A stretch of 64,000 nucleotides of DNA from Pseudothermotoga sp. (GTDB lineage: Bacteria > Thermotogota > Thermotogae > Thermotogales > DSM-5069): assembly GCA_031962025.1 (NCBI GenBank), contig JAVRKW010000001.1; one strand, 5' to 3'. A program made the translations under genes and the position numbers. Positions 29,769-41,243 of this stretch are shown here, one piece after another; position 1 is the stretch's first letter, and each line of letters opens with the position of its first letter. Below the pieces are notes generated by a model. That model made no database searches. It saw nothing but the letters and a program-made list of their open reading frames with translations, and was not told the DNA's origin.

Positions 29769-29802
29769 CGCGATCCCTCCCTTTCAAAAAATATCCAGCG
29801 GA

Positions 29803-30942
29803 TCATCTTCCCCCTGTAACCAGATCGAATGGTTTGTAGTCGATGTTGAAACCAAAGTGTTTCGGGCCAAGAACCTCTAACCCTTTCTTGCTGAGAAATT
29901 CATTACGAGCTGGGACTCCGATAACTGCTACATTCATTCCTTCGTGAATATCGGGATTATACAACGGTTCACATTCAGGATGTGTAACTACTATCAACAT
30001 ATCGGGGCTAGTTACATAAGGTTTGTCATCCAGCCAACTTATGTGATTCTCGTTCTTGAACCATATTCTGAATTTGTGATTTCTGAAATGGTTGTTTCCA
30101 CTGATTTCATGATATCCCCAGTAATAACCATCTCTGTCTTCCCACTGTTTTTCCACGACCCTACCGGTAAAGAGTACCTTGCCTCTGAGTTTCTCCACGA
30201 GTTTTTCCAGAGGATCCCTACCTGAACTCCTCTCTTCCCTTATCAATCTTCCTACTTCCAGACACTCTGTTAGGGTCCCTCGAATCAATATTTTCTTCAT
30301 TTCGTCAACAGGCATCAGGTATCCAGCTTGACCGGCTACACCAAATGCTGCCGCTGATAAATACTTTCCGATGCGTTCTGCAACCATAGGATTGAGAGCC
30401 TTTTCAATGTAACATACATTTCCCCACTGATCCCACGATGCTATTGGGCATGGTTCTTTATCGTGTAAATATGGAGTAGTCTGAACGATTTCTGGAATAG
30501 CCCTTCCTGTGAAATCACCATCGACGACAACCAAATCGAGGTCTGCTGCTGCTGTAATAGCCGCAGGTGTGTTGGCACCTCCCAATTCGATTGGTACTAT
30601 GACAGAGATAGATGTACCTGTGTACTTCTCAAGTGCTTCAATCGCCTTTGTCAAGAGATTAACTGTAGCTTTTCTTTCTTGGTTTAAACCTAATTCCTTC
30701 ATCTGGTTGATAGCACTATCTGTAAGGGGAGCTATGGATCCCATGAGAAAAGGGCATGCGGCATATCCATTTGCTGGGATTTCATTCACATCAAGCCATC
30801 TAATCGAGCCTTTGGCAGTTAGTACTTGTTTCAGTAGTTGGATACCCTCAGCTGGTTTACCTCCACCACCAGTACCAAAAAAAGTACAACCACGAACAAA
30901 GTCCTCGATGTCCTCGAGAGTTTTTAGGGTTGTTGTTGACAA
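29803..30942 (-). CDS. DUF917 family protein
   Basis: GCTFFGTGGGG, PIELGGANT, VDGDFTGRAIPE, FKNENH, TSPDMLI; TTG start after AAAGGGGGG. Confidence 0.88.
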   Translation of the reverse strand: MSTTTLKTLEDIEDFVRGCTFFGTGGGGKPAEGIQLLKQVLTAKGSIRWLDVNEIPANGYAACPFLMGSIAPLTDSAINQMKELGLNQERKATVNLLTKAIEALEKYTGTSISVIVPIELGGANTPAAITAAADLDLVVVDGDFTGRAIPEIVQTTPYLHDKEPCPIASWDQWGNVCYIEKALNPMVAERIGKYLSAAAFGVAGQAGYLMPVDEMKKILIRGTLTECLEVGRLIREERSSGRDPLEKLVEKLRGKVLFTGRVVEKQWEDRDGYYWGYHEISGNNHFRNHKFRIWFKNENHISWLDDKPYVTSPDMLIVVTHPECEPLYNPDIHEGMNVAVIGVPARNEFLSKKGLEVLGPKHFGFNIDYKPFDLVTGGR

Positions 30943-30974
30943 ATTATTCCCCCCTTTCCTGATGAGGTTAAAAC

Positions 30975-31739
30975 TCAAGACTCAGAAATGGGTTTAGCAC
31001 GATAGCCCAGTTTTTGAGAAATTTCATCCGCAACTATTTGCAATTTCAAAGCTATTTCACGTATGTCTTCTTCTGTGTGTGAAGGTAATAAAAGCACACT
31101 AATTGCAGCAACGATCTTGTTTGTATAATCAAAAACAGGAACCCCCAAACCTCTGACGCCTACTCTATGTTCGTGTTGATCAATAGAATATCCTCGAGAC
31201 CGAATCTCTTTAAGTTGGTTTCTGAGTTTTTCTGGATCCGTTACTGTGTAGGGCGTATATGGTTTAAGGTCAATACGTCTAATGTAATCATCGAGTTCGG
31301 CTTCCGGTAACCATGCTAGGATAACTTTGCCTAAAGCTGTTGGATATAAATCGAAAGCCTCGCCTATTCTTGAAATTGAAGGCATTGTCTTACTGCTTCC
31401 CACTTTTAAAATGCATACACCCATGTCCCCCTCTTTCACAGCCATATGAACTGTCAACTGAGCCTCCTCGCTGAACCTAAGAAGTATTGGATAAGCAATC
31501 TCATATAGTTCATTATTACTAAGCACTCTACTTGCCAGGTCTACTATTCTATACGATGCTTTGTATCTACCACTATGGGAATCTTTATAGATGTAACGTG
31601 TTTTCTCAAGCATCTTAAGGTAATAACATACATTCGGTCGCGATTCACCTGTTAATGAAGCCAGCTGCGAAACTGTGACTCCAGATTTCTCAGAACAAAT
31701 CAACTCTAATATTTGGATAGTCTTATGAACGCTACTCAT
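30975..31739 (-). CDS. IclR family transcriptional regulator
   Basis: SSVHKTIQILE HTH, TALGKVILA, GYSIDQHEHRVGVRGLGVPVFD. Confidence 0.92.
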   Translation of the reverse strand: MSSVHKTIQILELICSEKSGVTVSQLASLTGESRPNVCYYLKMLEKTRYIYKDSHSGRYKASYRIVDLASRVLSNNELYEIAYPILLRFSEEAQLTVHMAVKEGDMGVCILKVGSSKTMPSISRIGEAFDLYPTALGKVILAWLPEAELDDYIRRIDLKPYTPYTVTDPEKLRNQLKEIRSRGYSIDQHEHRVGVRGLGVPVFDYTNKIVAAISVLLLPSHTEEDIREIALKLQIVADEISQKLGYRAKPISES

Positions 31740-31754
31740 AATCCACCCAATCTT

Positions 31755-31777
31755 TTGATTCAATATTATTTAATCAA
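31755..31777. promoter_or_regulatory. Palindromic candidate IclR operator
   Basis: TTGATTcAATAtTATTtAATCAA, 23 bp with one mismatch, just upstream of the iclR RBS. Confidence 0.55.
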
Positions 31778-32350
31778 TTAAACTATATCTAAACCTCAAC
31801 TTGTTTATGTCATGCTCATCTTATTTTGTCAAGTTTTGTATATAACAAATAACAAGTAAAAACAGCTTTTGTACCTGGTTTTCAATAAAAATTCTTCTTT
31901 TTCTTAAAATATCTTTTAAAATAACCCTGTTTCTCTTTTTTTCTTTCAATTTCAAATATCATTACATAAACATTAACATATGACCTCTGTTCTCAGTTTT
32001 TTCCAAAACACCACTGACAATGTAATTGACAATGTAGTTAGAACTGAGCTGGTACAAGGACATGCTGAGGTACCAAATAGACTGTGATTTTTTGGTGTTG
32101 TTTGAGCAATATGTGTGATGCGGCACTGTTTGTCTTGAATGAGCCTGGCACTTGAGTTCACGGTGAAAACAACACATTGGTTTAAATAAAAAGCAACACA
32201 TTCAAAATCAACTGAATGGCATTCTTGATGCTATACTAAAAATGTAGCAGGGTTTATAAAATTGATTTCAGCGTTGTGAAAATAGGTATCAAGATAAGCG
32301 CCAGAGCAAAACAGTTGGTCTTTTTAAGTTTTGGTTATTGGTTGATTTTT

Positions 32351-32427
32351 GGGGCCGTAGCTCAGCTTGGGAGAGCGCTACCATGGCACGGTAGAGGTCG
32401 TGGGTTCAAGTCCCATCGGCTCCACCA
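32351..32427 (+). tRNA. tRNA-Ala(GGC)
   Basis: GGGGCCG/CGGCTCC acceptor with G3-U70, anticodon arm CTACC-ATGGCAC-GGTAG, CCA end. Confidence 0.97.
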
Positions 32428-32451
32428 GAAGGCATTTTTGGAGGCATCCAG

Positions 32452-33267
32452 GTGAAAAAGGCGCTCATTTTGTGTTTGTTCTTAATTCCAATCATTACAC
32501 TTGCACAGATAGTAGTTGTCTCCATAAAACCATTGGCATTGATAGTTCAAAGCATCTGTCCAGAGGATGTTCAGATCAAGGTCATCATGTCCAACACCAA
32601 CCCGCATCTGTACGAATTGAAAATCAGCGATATGAATCTACTTCAGAAGGCAGATTTGATAGTTCTGTCTGGAATTGAGGACTGGGCAGGCAAGGTTCAG
32701 GAGCTTTTTGGGTCAAAAACCCTGGTCTTTTCAGATTATGTTTTTGAGCACATAGCTACTGAAGACAGGCATCTGTGGCTTGACCCAATTTATGCGGTGA
32801 TTTTTTCCCACATTATATACCAGAGGCTCTCTCAGATTGCACCGCAGAATTCAGATATATATCAGCAGAACTGGAAAAACTTTGCCGACACGATCATTGC
32901 CAAAACCTTTGAGTGGTATGAAAAAACATCTGTGCTCAGAAACAAATCAATTTTTGAACAGCATCCCGCTTTAACACATTTTGCAAAACGATTTGGTATT
33001 AAGCAAGTTATTTCTCTTGAAACTGGTCATGAAGAGGGAATCACAACAAAGAAATTGTCTGAAATAATTTCAATCCTGAAAAAAGAAAAAGTTCGCTACA
33101 TGGTGGTCGAAAAGGATATTTATTCTTTGGCAGCTAAAAATGTCGCAGAACAGCTTAATTTATCTCTGGTAGAAGTAGACGTACTGGCACAGGATTGTGC
33201 CAGCTATGAAGATTTAATTGATTCCATTGTCAATACACTTGTCAACGCTGAAAATACTCATCGCTGA
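32452..33267 (+). CDS. Zn/Mn ABC transporter substrate-binding protein (ZnuA-like)
   Basis: Signal peptide, NPHLYE, HLWLDP, HPALTHFA. Confidence 0.9.
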   Translation: MKKALILCLFLIPIITLAQIVVVSIKPLALIVQSICPEDVQIKVIMSNTNPHLYELKISDMNLLQKADLIVLSGIEDWAGKVQELFGSKTLVFSDYVFEHIATEDRHLWLDPIYAVIFSHIIYQRLSQIAPQNSDIYQQNWKNFADTIIAKTFEWYEKTSVLRNKSIFEQHPALTHFAKRFGIKQVISLETGHEEGITTKKLSEIISILKKEKVRYMVVEKDIYSLAAKNVAEQLNLSLVEVDVLAQDCASYEDLIDSIVNTLVNAENTHR

Positions 33268-33769
33268 GTATACTCATGACTAAAACATCGTGATACTGAC
33301 CGTTCAGATATCTGGCTTTTCTCAATCTTCCTTCGTGGACAAATCCGCATTTTTCATAAACATGTATGGCTCTTTTGTTGTATTCGTACACTCTTAAAGA
33401 TACTCTGTTGAGGTTGAGATATTCAAATGCGTATTTCAGAGTCAACTTTGTCGCTTCTGTACCAAGTCCTGTATTCCAGTACTTTTTGTCTGTTATTGCT
33501 ATGCCAAATTCAGCCGCTCTGTTGACCCAATCGATCTGATGCAATCCAGTTGTGCCAACCAATTTTTCTACGTTCGTTGGTACCACAGCAAAGACCACAT
33601 CTTTTTGATTGGAATAAAGACTTCTCACCCACTCTTCTTCTCTTATCCTGTTTAATGGAAAAACCAGCAGTAAGTTCTGTCTGACTTCTGGATCGTTTAT
33701 GTTCAAAAGTTGTTCGATATCTGATAATTCAACGGGTCTTAGAATGATTTTTTCACCTTTGAGTATCAA
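33242..33769 (-). CDS. GNAT acetyltransferase (RimJ/RimL family)
   Basis: AEFGIAI, YWNTGLGTEA, NKRAIHVYEKCGF; likely TTG start after GGGGGTGG. Confidence 0.9.
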   Translation of the reverse strand: MILKGEKIILRPVELSDIEQLLNINDPEVRQNLLLVFPLNRIREEEWVRSLYSNQKDVVFAVVPTNVEKLVGTTGLHQIDWVNRAAEFGIAITDKKYWNTGLGTEATKLTLKYAFEYLNLNRVSLRVYEYNKRAIHVYEKCGFVHEGRLRKARYLNGQYHDVLVMSILSDEYFQR

Positions 33770-34697
33770 CTTTTCCACCCCCATCTGTGATTTGATGCTG
33801 TGATAATCCGTATGCTTCGTGCTCCACATTTCCAATTGGCTCCACATGGACCATTACATCGACAATTCTATCGTTTTGTTCAATTATAGCTTTTTTAACT
33901 GCAGTTGCAATGTCATGACCCTGCTGAACTGTTATTCCTCCGCTGACTTCTATGTCCATATCGACAAAGTATTTGTATCCGACCTGTCTCACTCTAACCT
34001 TATGAGGATTAACAGCTCCCTGTACTTTTTTAACAGCTTTGAAGATTTGATCGTAAATATCAAAATTTGTCATGCCGTCCATTAATTCGTAACTCGTCTC
34101 TTTGAAGATTTCAAATGCTGTTCTTATGATCATTATGGATATGATCAAAGCTACTATTCCGTCTACCCACAGAAGACCAAATTTGTTCAGAATAACACCG
34201 ACAAAAACCGTTGAAGAAATGAGGATATCGTTTCTCATGTTCAGTGCGTCTGCAATGAATGCATAACTTCCTATTCTTTTTCCTACACTGTATTTGTAGA
34301 TGAAAAGCCACGTTTTCACTGCTACAGAGATGAGTGAGACGATCAATGGAAGTACACCGACGATCAAATTGTGCTTGCCGATTATTATTCTTTTGATCGA
34401 TGAGATCATCAAATTTGCTCCAGCGTAGAAAATGACAAAGGAAACGACCTTTGCCGCTATTGCTTCGACCCTTTCGTGACCGTAGGGATGTGTCTTATCA
34501 GGAGGTCGGTTTGATATCTTACTCGAGACCAGTGTCACCAGAGAAGTGAAGATATCGGTTGATGTGTCGATTCCATCTGCAAGTACAGACATACTTTTGA
34601 AAAACAATCCAACAAAGATTTTCATTACCGCTAAAATAGCGTTTGCAAACACACCAATCCAAGCAGCTTTTGAAGAGATCTTGTTCCTGTTTTCCAT
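33753..34697 (-). CDS. Cation diffusion facilitator (FieF-like)
   Basis: LADGIDT..D, HPYGH.R.E, ADALNMRND, VMVHVEP. Confidence 0.92.
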   Translation of the reverse strand: MENRNKISSKAAWIGVFANAILAVMKIFVGLFFKSMSVLADGIDTSTDIFTSLVTLVSSKISNRPPDKTHPYGHERVEAIAAKVVSFVIFYAGANLMISSIKRIIIGKHNLIVGVLPLIVSLISVAVKTWLFIYKYSVGKRIGSYAFIADALNMRNDILISSTVFVGVILNKFGLLWVDGIVALIISIMIIRTAFEIFKETSYELMDGMTNFDIYDQIFKAVKKVQGAVNPHKVRVRQVGYKYFVDMDIEVSGGITVQQGHDIATAVKKAIIEQNDRIVDVMVHVEPIGNVEHEAYGLSQHQITDGGGKVDTQR

Positions 34698-34710
34698 TCT
34701 ATCACCTGTC

Positions 34711-34738
34711 AAATAAGGCGCGGCTTAAACCGCGCCTT
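34711..34738 (-). terminator. Terminator after eno
   Basis: AAGGCGCGG/CCGCGCCTT stem. Confidence 0.75.
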
Positions 34739-34773
34739 GATTTTATTGATTATGATTATAACACTATTCTTAC

Positions 34774-36069
<1,296 letters not shown>

Positions 36070-36771
36070 TCAATCAGGTAATATGATACTACCAATATTT
36101 TCTCCACGGACAGCTTTTAACAGAGCTCCATCTTGAAAGAAATTCAAAACTATTATGGGAAGTCTGTATCTACCGCAGATGGAAAAAGCTTCCATATCCA
36201 TAACTTTCAACCCGAGTTTTATTGCCTGCTGATAAGAGATTTTTTCAAATCTATGAGCTATACTGTTCTTTTTCGGATCGGTGTCGTAAACGCCGTCAAC
36301 CTTCGTTGCTTTTATCAAAACAGATGCTCCCATTTCAACAGCCCTAAGCGCTGCTGCTGTGTCTGTTGTAAAGAATGGATTACTTGTTCCACCGGCAAAG
36401 ATAACAACGTAACCTGCGTCGAAATAGAGATTTATGTCATCGTAATGAATGGGTCTGATCGATGGTAAGGAAGATATTTGCGAAACCACGACACATTTGA
36501 TGCCATGCTTTTCAAGAGCTCCTTTCAGATACAGACCGTTTATTACTGTACCGAGCATACCTATCTGATCTGCCAGTGAATGCGGTATCTCTGACAGCTC
36601 TTCACCCCTGAATATATTCCCGGCGCCTATCACAATTCCAACATTCGTACCGTAGTCCACAACTTGAGATATTTGCTTTACCAGATAATCTATGTTGGTC
36701 TGATCAAATCCCCTTGATCCTTCCCCGCACATTACCTCCCCGCTGAGTTTTATCAGTACCTTTTTGTACAT
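36070..36771 (-). CDS. pyrH: UMP kinase
   Basis: KLSGE, GAGNIFRG, NPFFTTDTAAALRA, VDGVYD.DP. Confidence 0.97.
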   Translation of the reverse strand: MYKKVLIKLSGEVMCGEGSRGFDQTNIDYLVKQISQVVDYGTNVGIVIGAGNIFRGEELSEIPHSLADQIGMLGTVINGLYLKGALEKHGIKCVVVSQISSLPSIRPIHYDDINLYFDAGYVVIFAGGTSNPFFTTDTAAALRAVEMGASVLIKATKVDGVYDTDPKKNSIAHRFEKISYQQAIKLGLKVMDMEAFSICGRYRLPIIVLNFFQDGALLKAVRGENIGSIILPD

Positions 36772-36845
36772 TTTAGATCCCTCCCAGAAGATTTTATCAG
36801 AGATATTCTCAGCAGGAAGAAGTTTGTTGTTACTTTAATATGACC

Positions 36846-36874
36846 TTGACTAAAATTGAATTGAAATATAAAAT
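36846..36874 (+). promoter_or_regulatory. sigma70-type promoter for the DUF2089 operon
   Basis: TTGACT-17 nt-TAAAAT. Confidence 0.7.
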
Positions 36875-36915
36875 ATATTCAAGTACAGTTGAAAAAATTG
36901 AAAGGAGAGATTTCA

Positions 36916-37290
36916 ATGGCTCGAGTCATTTCAAAATGTCCAATTTGTGGATCGAATCTTGTTGTAACAGAGCTGAGCTGTCCATCCTGTAATACAGTGA
37001 TAAAGGGTAAATTTGAACTTGAAGAATTCTTCAGGCTCACACCAGACCAGTTGAATTTTCTGAGGATTTTTATCAAAGTAAGAGGCAATTTGAGTGATTT
37101 GCAAAAGGAGCTTGGAATATCATACCCAACTGCAAAATCAAGACTGGAAGGGATCGTCAAGACACTTGGTTATGAAGCGCAGGAAGTTGAGGAAGAGAAA
37201 CAGGTTGATGAACTACTGGACAAACTTGAAAAAGGCGAGATTTCGGCACAGGAGGCACTCGAGAAAATCAGGAGGTTGAGGGAGCAGTGA
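36916..37290 (+). CDS. DUF2089 family Zn-ribbon/HTH protein
   Basis: CPICG...CPSC, GNLSDLQKELGISYPTAKSRL, SHOCT-like C-terminus; SD AAGGAG. Confidence 0.88.
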   Translation: MARVISKCPICGSNLVVTELSCPSCNTVIKGKFELEEFFRLTPDQLNFLRIFIKVRGNLSDLQKELGISYPTAKSRLEGIVKTLGYEAQEVEEEKQVDELLDKLEKGEISAQEALEKIRRLREQ

Positions 37291-37511
37291 AGATAGCGCT
37301 CGCCATAACCGGTGTGATAGGAGCACTTTTGTTGATGTACATAGGTTCAAAACTCCTTCAGATGAAAGTGAAGTCCGTTACGCTCGTGTATGCTTTTTTT
37401 GTGGGTTTGTATGCTCTGTTTTTGATCATCGGGAACATAGTGCCCATCATCGTGTATCTTGCAGGTGAACTGGTTGTTATATGGGTTATTGTGATCTTCA
37501 TGGGCTTTTAA
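37287..37511 (+). CDS. Small hypothetical membrane protein
   Basis: Three hydrophobic segments, GTGA coupling to the upstream gene. Confidence 0.7.
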   Translation: MKIALAITGVIGALLLMYIGSKLLQMKVKSVTLVYAFFVGLYALFLIIGNIVPIIVYLAGELVVIWVIVIFMGF

Positions 37512-37514
37512 GGG

Positions 37515-38327
37515 GTGAGAACGGTGGAAAGACAGTCAATTGATTTTACAAAGATCAGAAAGCTTATAGTGAAAATCGTGGACAGCGACGTGAAAATACT
37601 CGGCACTCAGTCGGCGGACACTTATATTCTTTACCAATCGCAGCCACCTTCCTTGGAGTATAAAGATGATACATTGATAATAAGCACTAAGGATAAGCAT
37701 TTCTCATTGCTCGGTCCTGTGATATTTGGTCTGCAAAGCTCACAGGAAAGCATGGAACTCGTGGTGCCCTGTGAGCTGAAAGAGCTGATGGTCAGTGGGG
37801 TTTCCTCGGATGTTACGATACATTCAATGAAAGGTGAAGCTTTATCTGTAAAGACCGTCTCAGGAGACATTTCAATGGACAGCGTGGAATTTTCTGACTG
37901 CCAGATAAAGACCGTTTCTGGGGATATCACAATGGATTCGCCGAAAATTGCCAGGCTTGTTTTTTCCAGTGTTAGTGGAGATCTGAACATAAAGAATCTG
38001 GTGTGCCAGAACAGCGAATGGATTGTGAGCACCACAAGCGGAGATTTGACCATGGAAACGGTCGGTGTGCCGAATGTGAGATTGACTATGAGAACAGCGA
38101 GCGGTGAATTGAATACCAACGTTGGCTATACACGCGAGGGTAGAGATTACCTTTTTGGTGATGGCAGGATGAAAGTAACTGTCAGCACGGCTTCAGGCGA
38201 TGTGGATATCAGGTCAACAAACAGAACCGAGAGATCTGATGGTATAGAAAAGAAAATTCTGCGCCTTGTGGCAAGTGGTAAGTTAACTTACGAGCAGGCA
38301 AAACAGATTTTAGATGAACTGAGTTGA
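37515..38327 (+). CDS. DUF4097 (adhesin-like beta-repeat) protein
   Basis: Repeated TVSGDI/SVSGDL/TTSGDL/TASGDV motifs; SHOCT-like C-terminus. Confidence 0.85.
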   Translation: MRTVERQSIDFTKIRKLIVKIVDSDVKILGTQSADTYILYQSQPPSLEYKDDTLIISTKDKHFSLLGPVIFGLQSSQESMELVVPCELKELMVSGVSSDVTIHSMKGEALSVKTVSGDISMDSVEFSDCQIKTVSGDITMDSPKIARLVFSSVSGDLNIKNLVCQNSEWIVSTTSGDLTMETVGVPNVRLTMRTASGELNTNVGYTREGRDYLFGDGRMKVTVSTASGDVDIRSTNRTERSDGIEKKILRLVASGKLTYEQAKQILDELS

Positions 38328-38355
38328 GCTGTGGTATCATTGGAGCACACAGGAG

Positions 38356-40137
38356 GTGTGCTCTGTGGGAAAATTCATAAGAACGGCTTTGCTGATCTTT
38401 TTCTTCGGTTTAGCAACTTTTGGTATCATCGTTAGCTTTGTCGACAGGTTCACATCTTCCATTTTTGAGCTACCCGAAAGGACATATTCGATACTGGTCA
38501 ATGAAAATGGCTCTGCAGATGTTGTGGAAACAGTTACCTACAAACTCAAAAAACCTTTTCGATATGTCAGCTGGGCTGTAGATTTTGATAGACCCACCAG
38601 GATATCTAATTTCAACTTTGAAATTCTTCAGGGGCCACCGTTGCAAACAGGACCATTTTACGATACGAAAAACGAAAACAGCATAAACCTGAGGCTGATT
38701 TTCAGCAGATCCATGAATGAATACCTCACAGTGCCAAAAGATGGTTTGATTATAAAAGTGGCATTTTCATACCACCTGGAAGATTTGCTCATAGAAGGAC
38801 AGGACTTCACGCAATTGTTTGTGAAATACATAGGTACTGGTACCTCTGTTCGAACACAATCTCTGAAGGTTCGTGTGAGTTTTCCAGAGAAATTCCCAAA
38901 ACCAATCGTCTACCATCACCCGTGGGGGCTTCAGGTTAAGAGCAGTATGATCAGTCCGAACATCTATGAGGCTGAGTTCAGAAACGTTCCAGCAAACTGC
39001 TTTGTGGAAGGAAGGTTTGTCTTTCCAAATTTGCTCAGAACAGGTACTCAATACATGATGAAATCAATAAATCTTTCACAGATAAAAGACATCGAGCGAT
39101 CTTATTCGATCAAGACTCTGTTGATTGTAACGGGAAGCATAGCCTACCTGTTTCTTGTTATAGCTGTTCCTGTTGTTCTATACAGGAAATTTGGTAAAGA
39201 GCAATCAATACAGTACGATTCACTTTACGAAAGAGAGATTCCTTATAACGATCCTCCAGAGGTTGTCAATGCCATCGTCAAAAAGATCTGCTCGCATCCA
39301 GACGATGATGCGATAGCCGCTGCGATACTCAATTGTGTGAAAAAAGGCGATGTTGAACTGCTCGAAAATGAGAAAAAAGAAGTTATCGGCTTGAAAATAG
39401 TCAGAGTCAATCGGGAAAATCAAGATCTTCTGGAAGCCTTCAGGATGTTTGAAAAAGACGGTGTTGTTGATTTCAAGATCATCAAAAAGCTGTTGAAAGA
39501 TCAGGCCAACGCGCAGAGATTTCTCAAAGCAATCAATAAATGGAGAGACAGTGTGTACCACCAAGCCGCTGGAAAAAATTATCTGATCACCACAGGTAAC
39601 ACCTTAGCCAAATTTTTTGGCATCGTTTTTGGTATTCTCATTCCGATATTTGTGATCCTTGGGTTGTCGAAGGTTCCTGAAGGTTATGAAATAGTTTCAA
39701 GGTACTCGATGATGCTTATGGGAGCATCTATTGTAATAGGAACAGTTGTGCTTTTTATGAAAAAAACAGTTTTTTCACGCTGGACTTCAGATGGATTACT
39801 GTATTATTTGAGATGGAAAAACTTTGAAAAATTCATAACGGACTTTTCCGCGCTGTCGACATATCCTCCCCAGTCGATAGCCATCTGGGATGATTACATA
39901 GTCTATGCAACTGCACTTGGTGTGGCAAAACAGGTTGTAAATAACCTCAGAAAACTGTACCCCGAACCACCATCAACTCCCGTAGCCTCGAAGGTTTATT
40001 ATTCACCCATGTTAATGGCTGATCTTTCTTCTTTCAGGAGTATGGCAGTTTCTGCTGTTTCAAGTTCTGGTGGATCTGGTTCAAGTGGGGGTAGAGTAGG
40101 TGGAGGGTCTGGCGGCAGCAGGGTGGGCGCAGGATGA
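38356..40137 (+). CDS. DUF2207 family membrane protein
   Basis: NGSADVVE, EGRFVFP, W.NF.KF..DFS, WDDYIVYATALG, Gly/Ser-rich tail. Confidence 0.88.
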   Translation: MCSVGKFIRTALLIFFFGLATFGIIVSFVDRFTSSIFELPERTYSILVNENGSADVVETVTYKLKKPFRYVSWAVDFDRPTRISNFNFEILQGPPLQTGPFYDTKNENSINLRLIFSRSMNEYLTVPKDGLIIKVAFSYHLEDLLIEGQDFTQLFVKYIGTGTSVRTQSLKVRVSFPEKFPKPIVYHHPWGLQVKSSMISPNIYEAEFRNVPANCFVEGRFVFPNLLRTGTQYMMKSINLSQIKDIERSYSIKTLLIVTGSIAYLFLVIAVPVVLYRKFGKEQSIQYDSLYEREIPYNDPPEVVNAIVKKICSHPDDDAIAAAILNCVKKGDVELLENEKKEVIGLKIVRVNRENQDLLEAFRMFEKDGVVDFKIIKKLLKDQANAQRFLKAINKWRDSVYHQAAGKNYLITTGNTLAKFFGIVFGILIPIFVILGLSKVPEGYEIVSRYSMMLMGASIVIGTVVLFMKKTVFSRWTSDGLLYYLRWKNFEKFITDFSALSTYPPQSIAIWDDYIVYATALGVAKQVVNNLRKLYPEPPSTPVASKVYYSPMLMADLSSFRSMAVSAVSSSGGSGSSGGRVGGGSGGSRVGAG

Positions 40138-40229
40138 TTTAGAAATTAGAAAATTATTAAAAATTTAAAGTTAAATGGCAAATACGATTTAGAATCCATT
40201 TGAATCAACACAGAATGGAGGGTTGTATC

Positions 40230-41237
40230 GTGAGAAAAGTATTCGTGCTGTTTTTGGTTTCAACCGTTGTTCTCATGTTCGCTGGTATTGTTGATGTGAT
40301 CGAACTTGCAAAGCAAAACAGTGTCACTTATCTAAAGGCTGTACTGAATTTTGAGCAGGCAAAAAACGACTACGACAAGGCTATGATCGAAGCAAAAAAC
40401 AAAAGACAGCAGCTTGTCGCACAAAAATCATGGCTTCAAGCCCAGCAGACCTATAACCAGTCCATGAAGAGTTTCTACAATGAATTTTTTGACGCTTACA
40501 TCGGCGTGCTTGAGAACACCCTGCAAGTTCAAATTGCTCAGAACAAATTGCAGATAGCTGAGATTGATTTCAAACAAACTCAAGAGCTGTACAAAACAGG
40601 AGCCGCGACATTGCAGGATCTTCAAAGTGCGAGCTCAACTCGACTTGGATCGCAGGCAAGCCTTGATGAAGCGAAATTGAGCCTGGATCAATCCAAGCAA
40701 GACCTTCTGATTCTCTTAGGCAAAGATGTGCAGATTATAGATCCTTCATCAATCAACATCGATGTGAAACTACCTTCGATTGACAAATTGCTTGAAGAAT
40801 CACTTGCCATTCAAATTGCGCAGATCGATGTCGATGTGGCTCAGATGGATTATGATAGCCTTGTGAATCCATCAGCTTACACAAAGAACAAGTACGAAAG
40901 AGTATTGAAAATAGCTCAAAATGAGCTCAAAAACACTCAAAACAGCACAAAAAAATCTTATCAGTCACTGCTTTTGACAACTGAGAACCTCAAAAAGACC
41001 ATTCAGGCTCAGAGAGAGACTGTCAGTGTGGCAAAATCTCAGCTTGAGAGTGCCGAGAACAACTACAAGGTGGGTGTCGCTTCTGAAAAAGATTTGCTTG
41101 AAGCCAGAAACACCTACTTCACAGCTCAAAAAACCTTGCTCGGCTACATAAAATCTTTTCTGAAAAACCTCTGTTCGCTCTACCTTGATGCGAATCTGGA
41201 TTATCAGCAACTGCTCTCTTCTATCTTTGGCGGGTGA
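40230..41237 (+). CDS. TolC-family outer membrane efflux protein
   Basis: Signal peptide from GTG 40230 (SD GGAGGG), coiled-coil repeats YKTGAAT..DL / YKVGVAS..DL. Confidence 0.8.
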   Translation: MRKVFVLFLVSTVVLMFAGIVDVIELAKQNSVTYLKAVLNFEQAKNDYDKAMIEAKNKRQQLVAQKSWLQAQQTYNQSMKSFYNEFFDAYIGVLENTLQVQIAQNKLQIAEIDFKQTQELYKTGAATLQDLQSASSTRLGSQASLDEAKLSLDQSKQDLLILLGKDVQIIDPSSINIDVKLPSIDKLLEESLAIQIAQIDVDVAQMDYDSLVNPSAYTKNKYERVLKIAQNELKNTQNSTKKSYQSLLLTTENLKKTIQAQRETVSVAKSQLESAENNYKVGVASEKDLLEARNTYFTAQKTLLGYIKSFLKNLCSLYLDANLDYQQLLSSIFGG

Positions 41238-41243
41238 TCTAAC

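Noticed and set aside
31962..32201. Cys-containing short ORFs (79 aa and 62 aa) as further RiPP precursors
   Set aside because: No SD, no leader/core organisation, and no adjacent modifying or export genes
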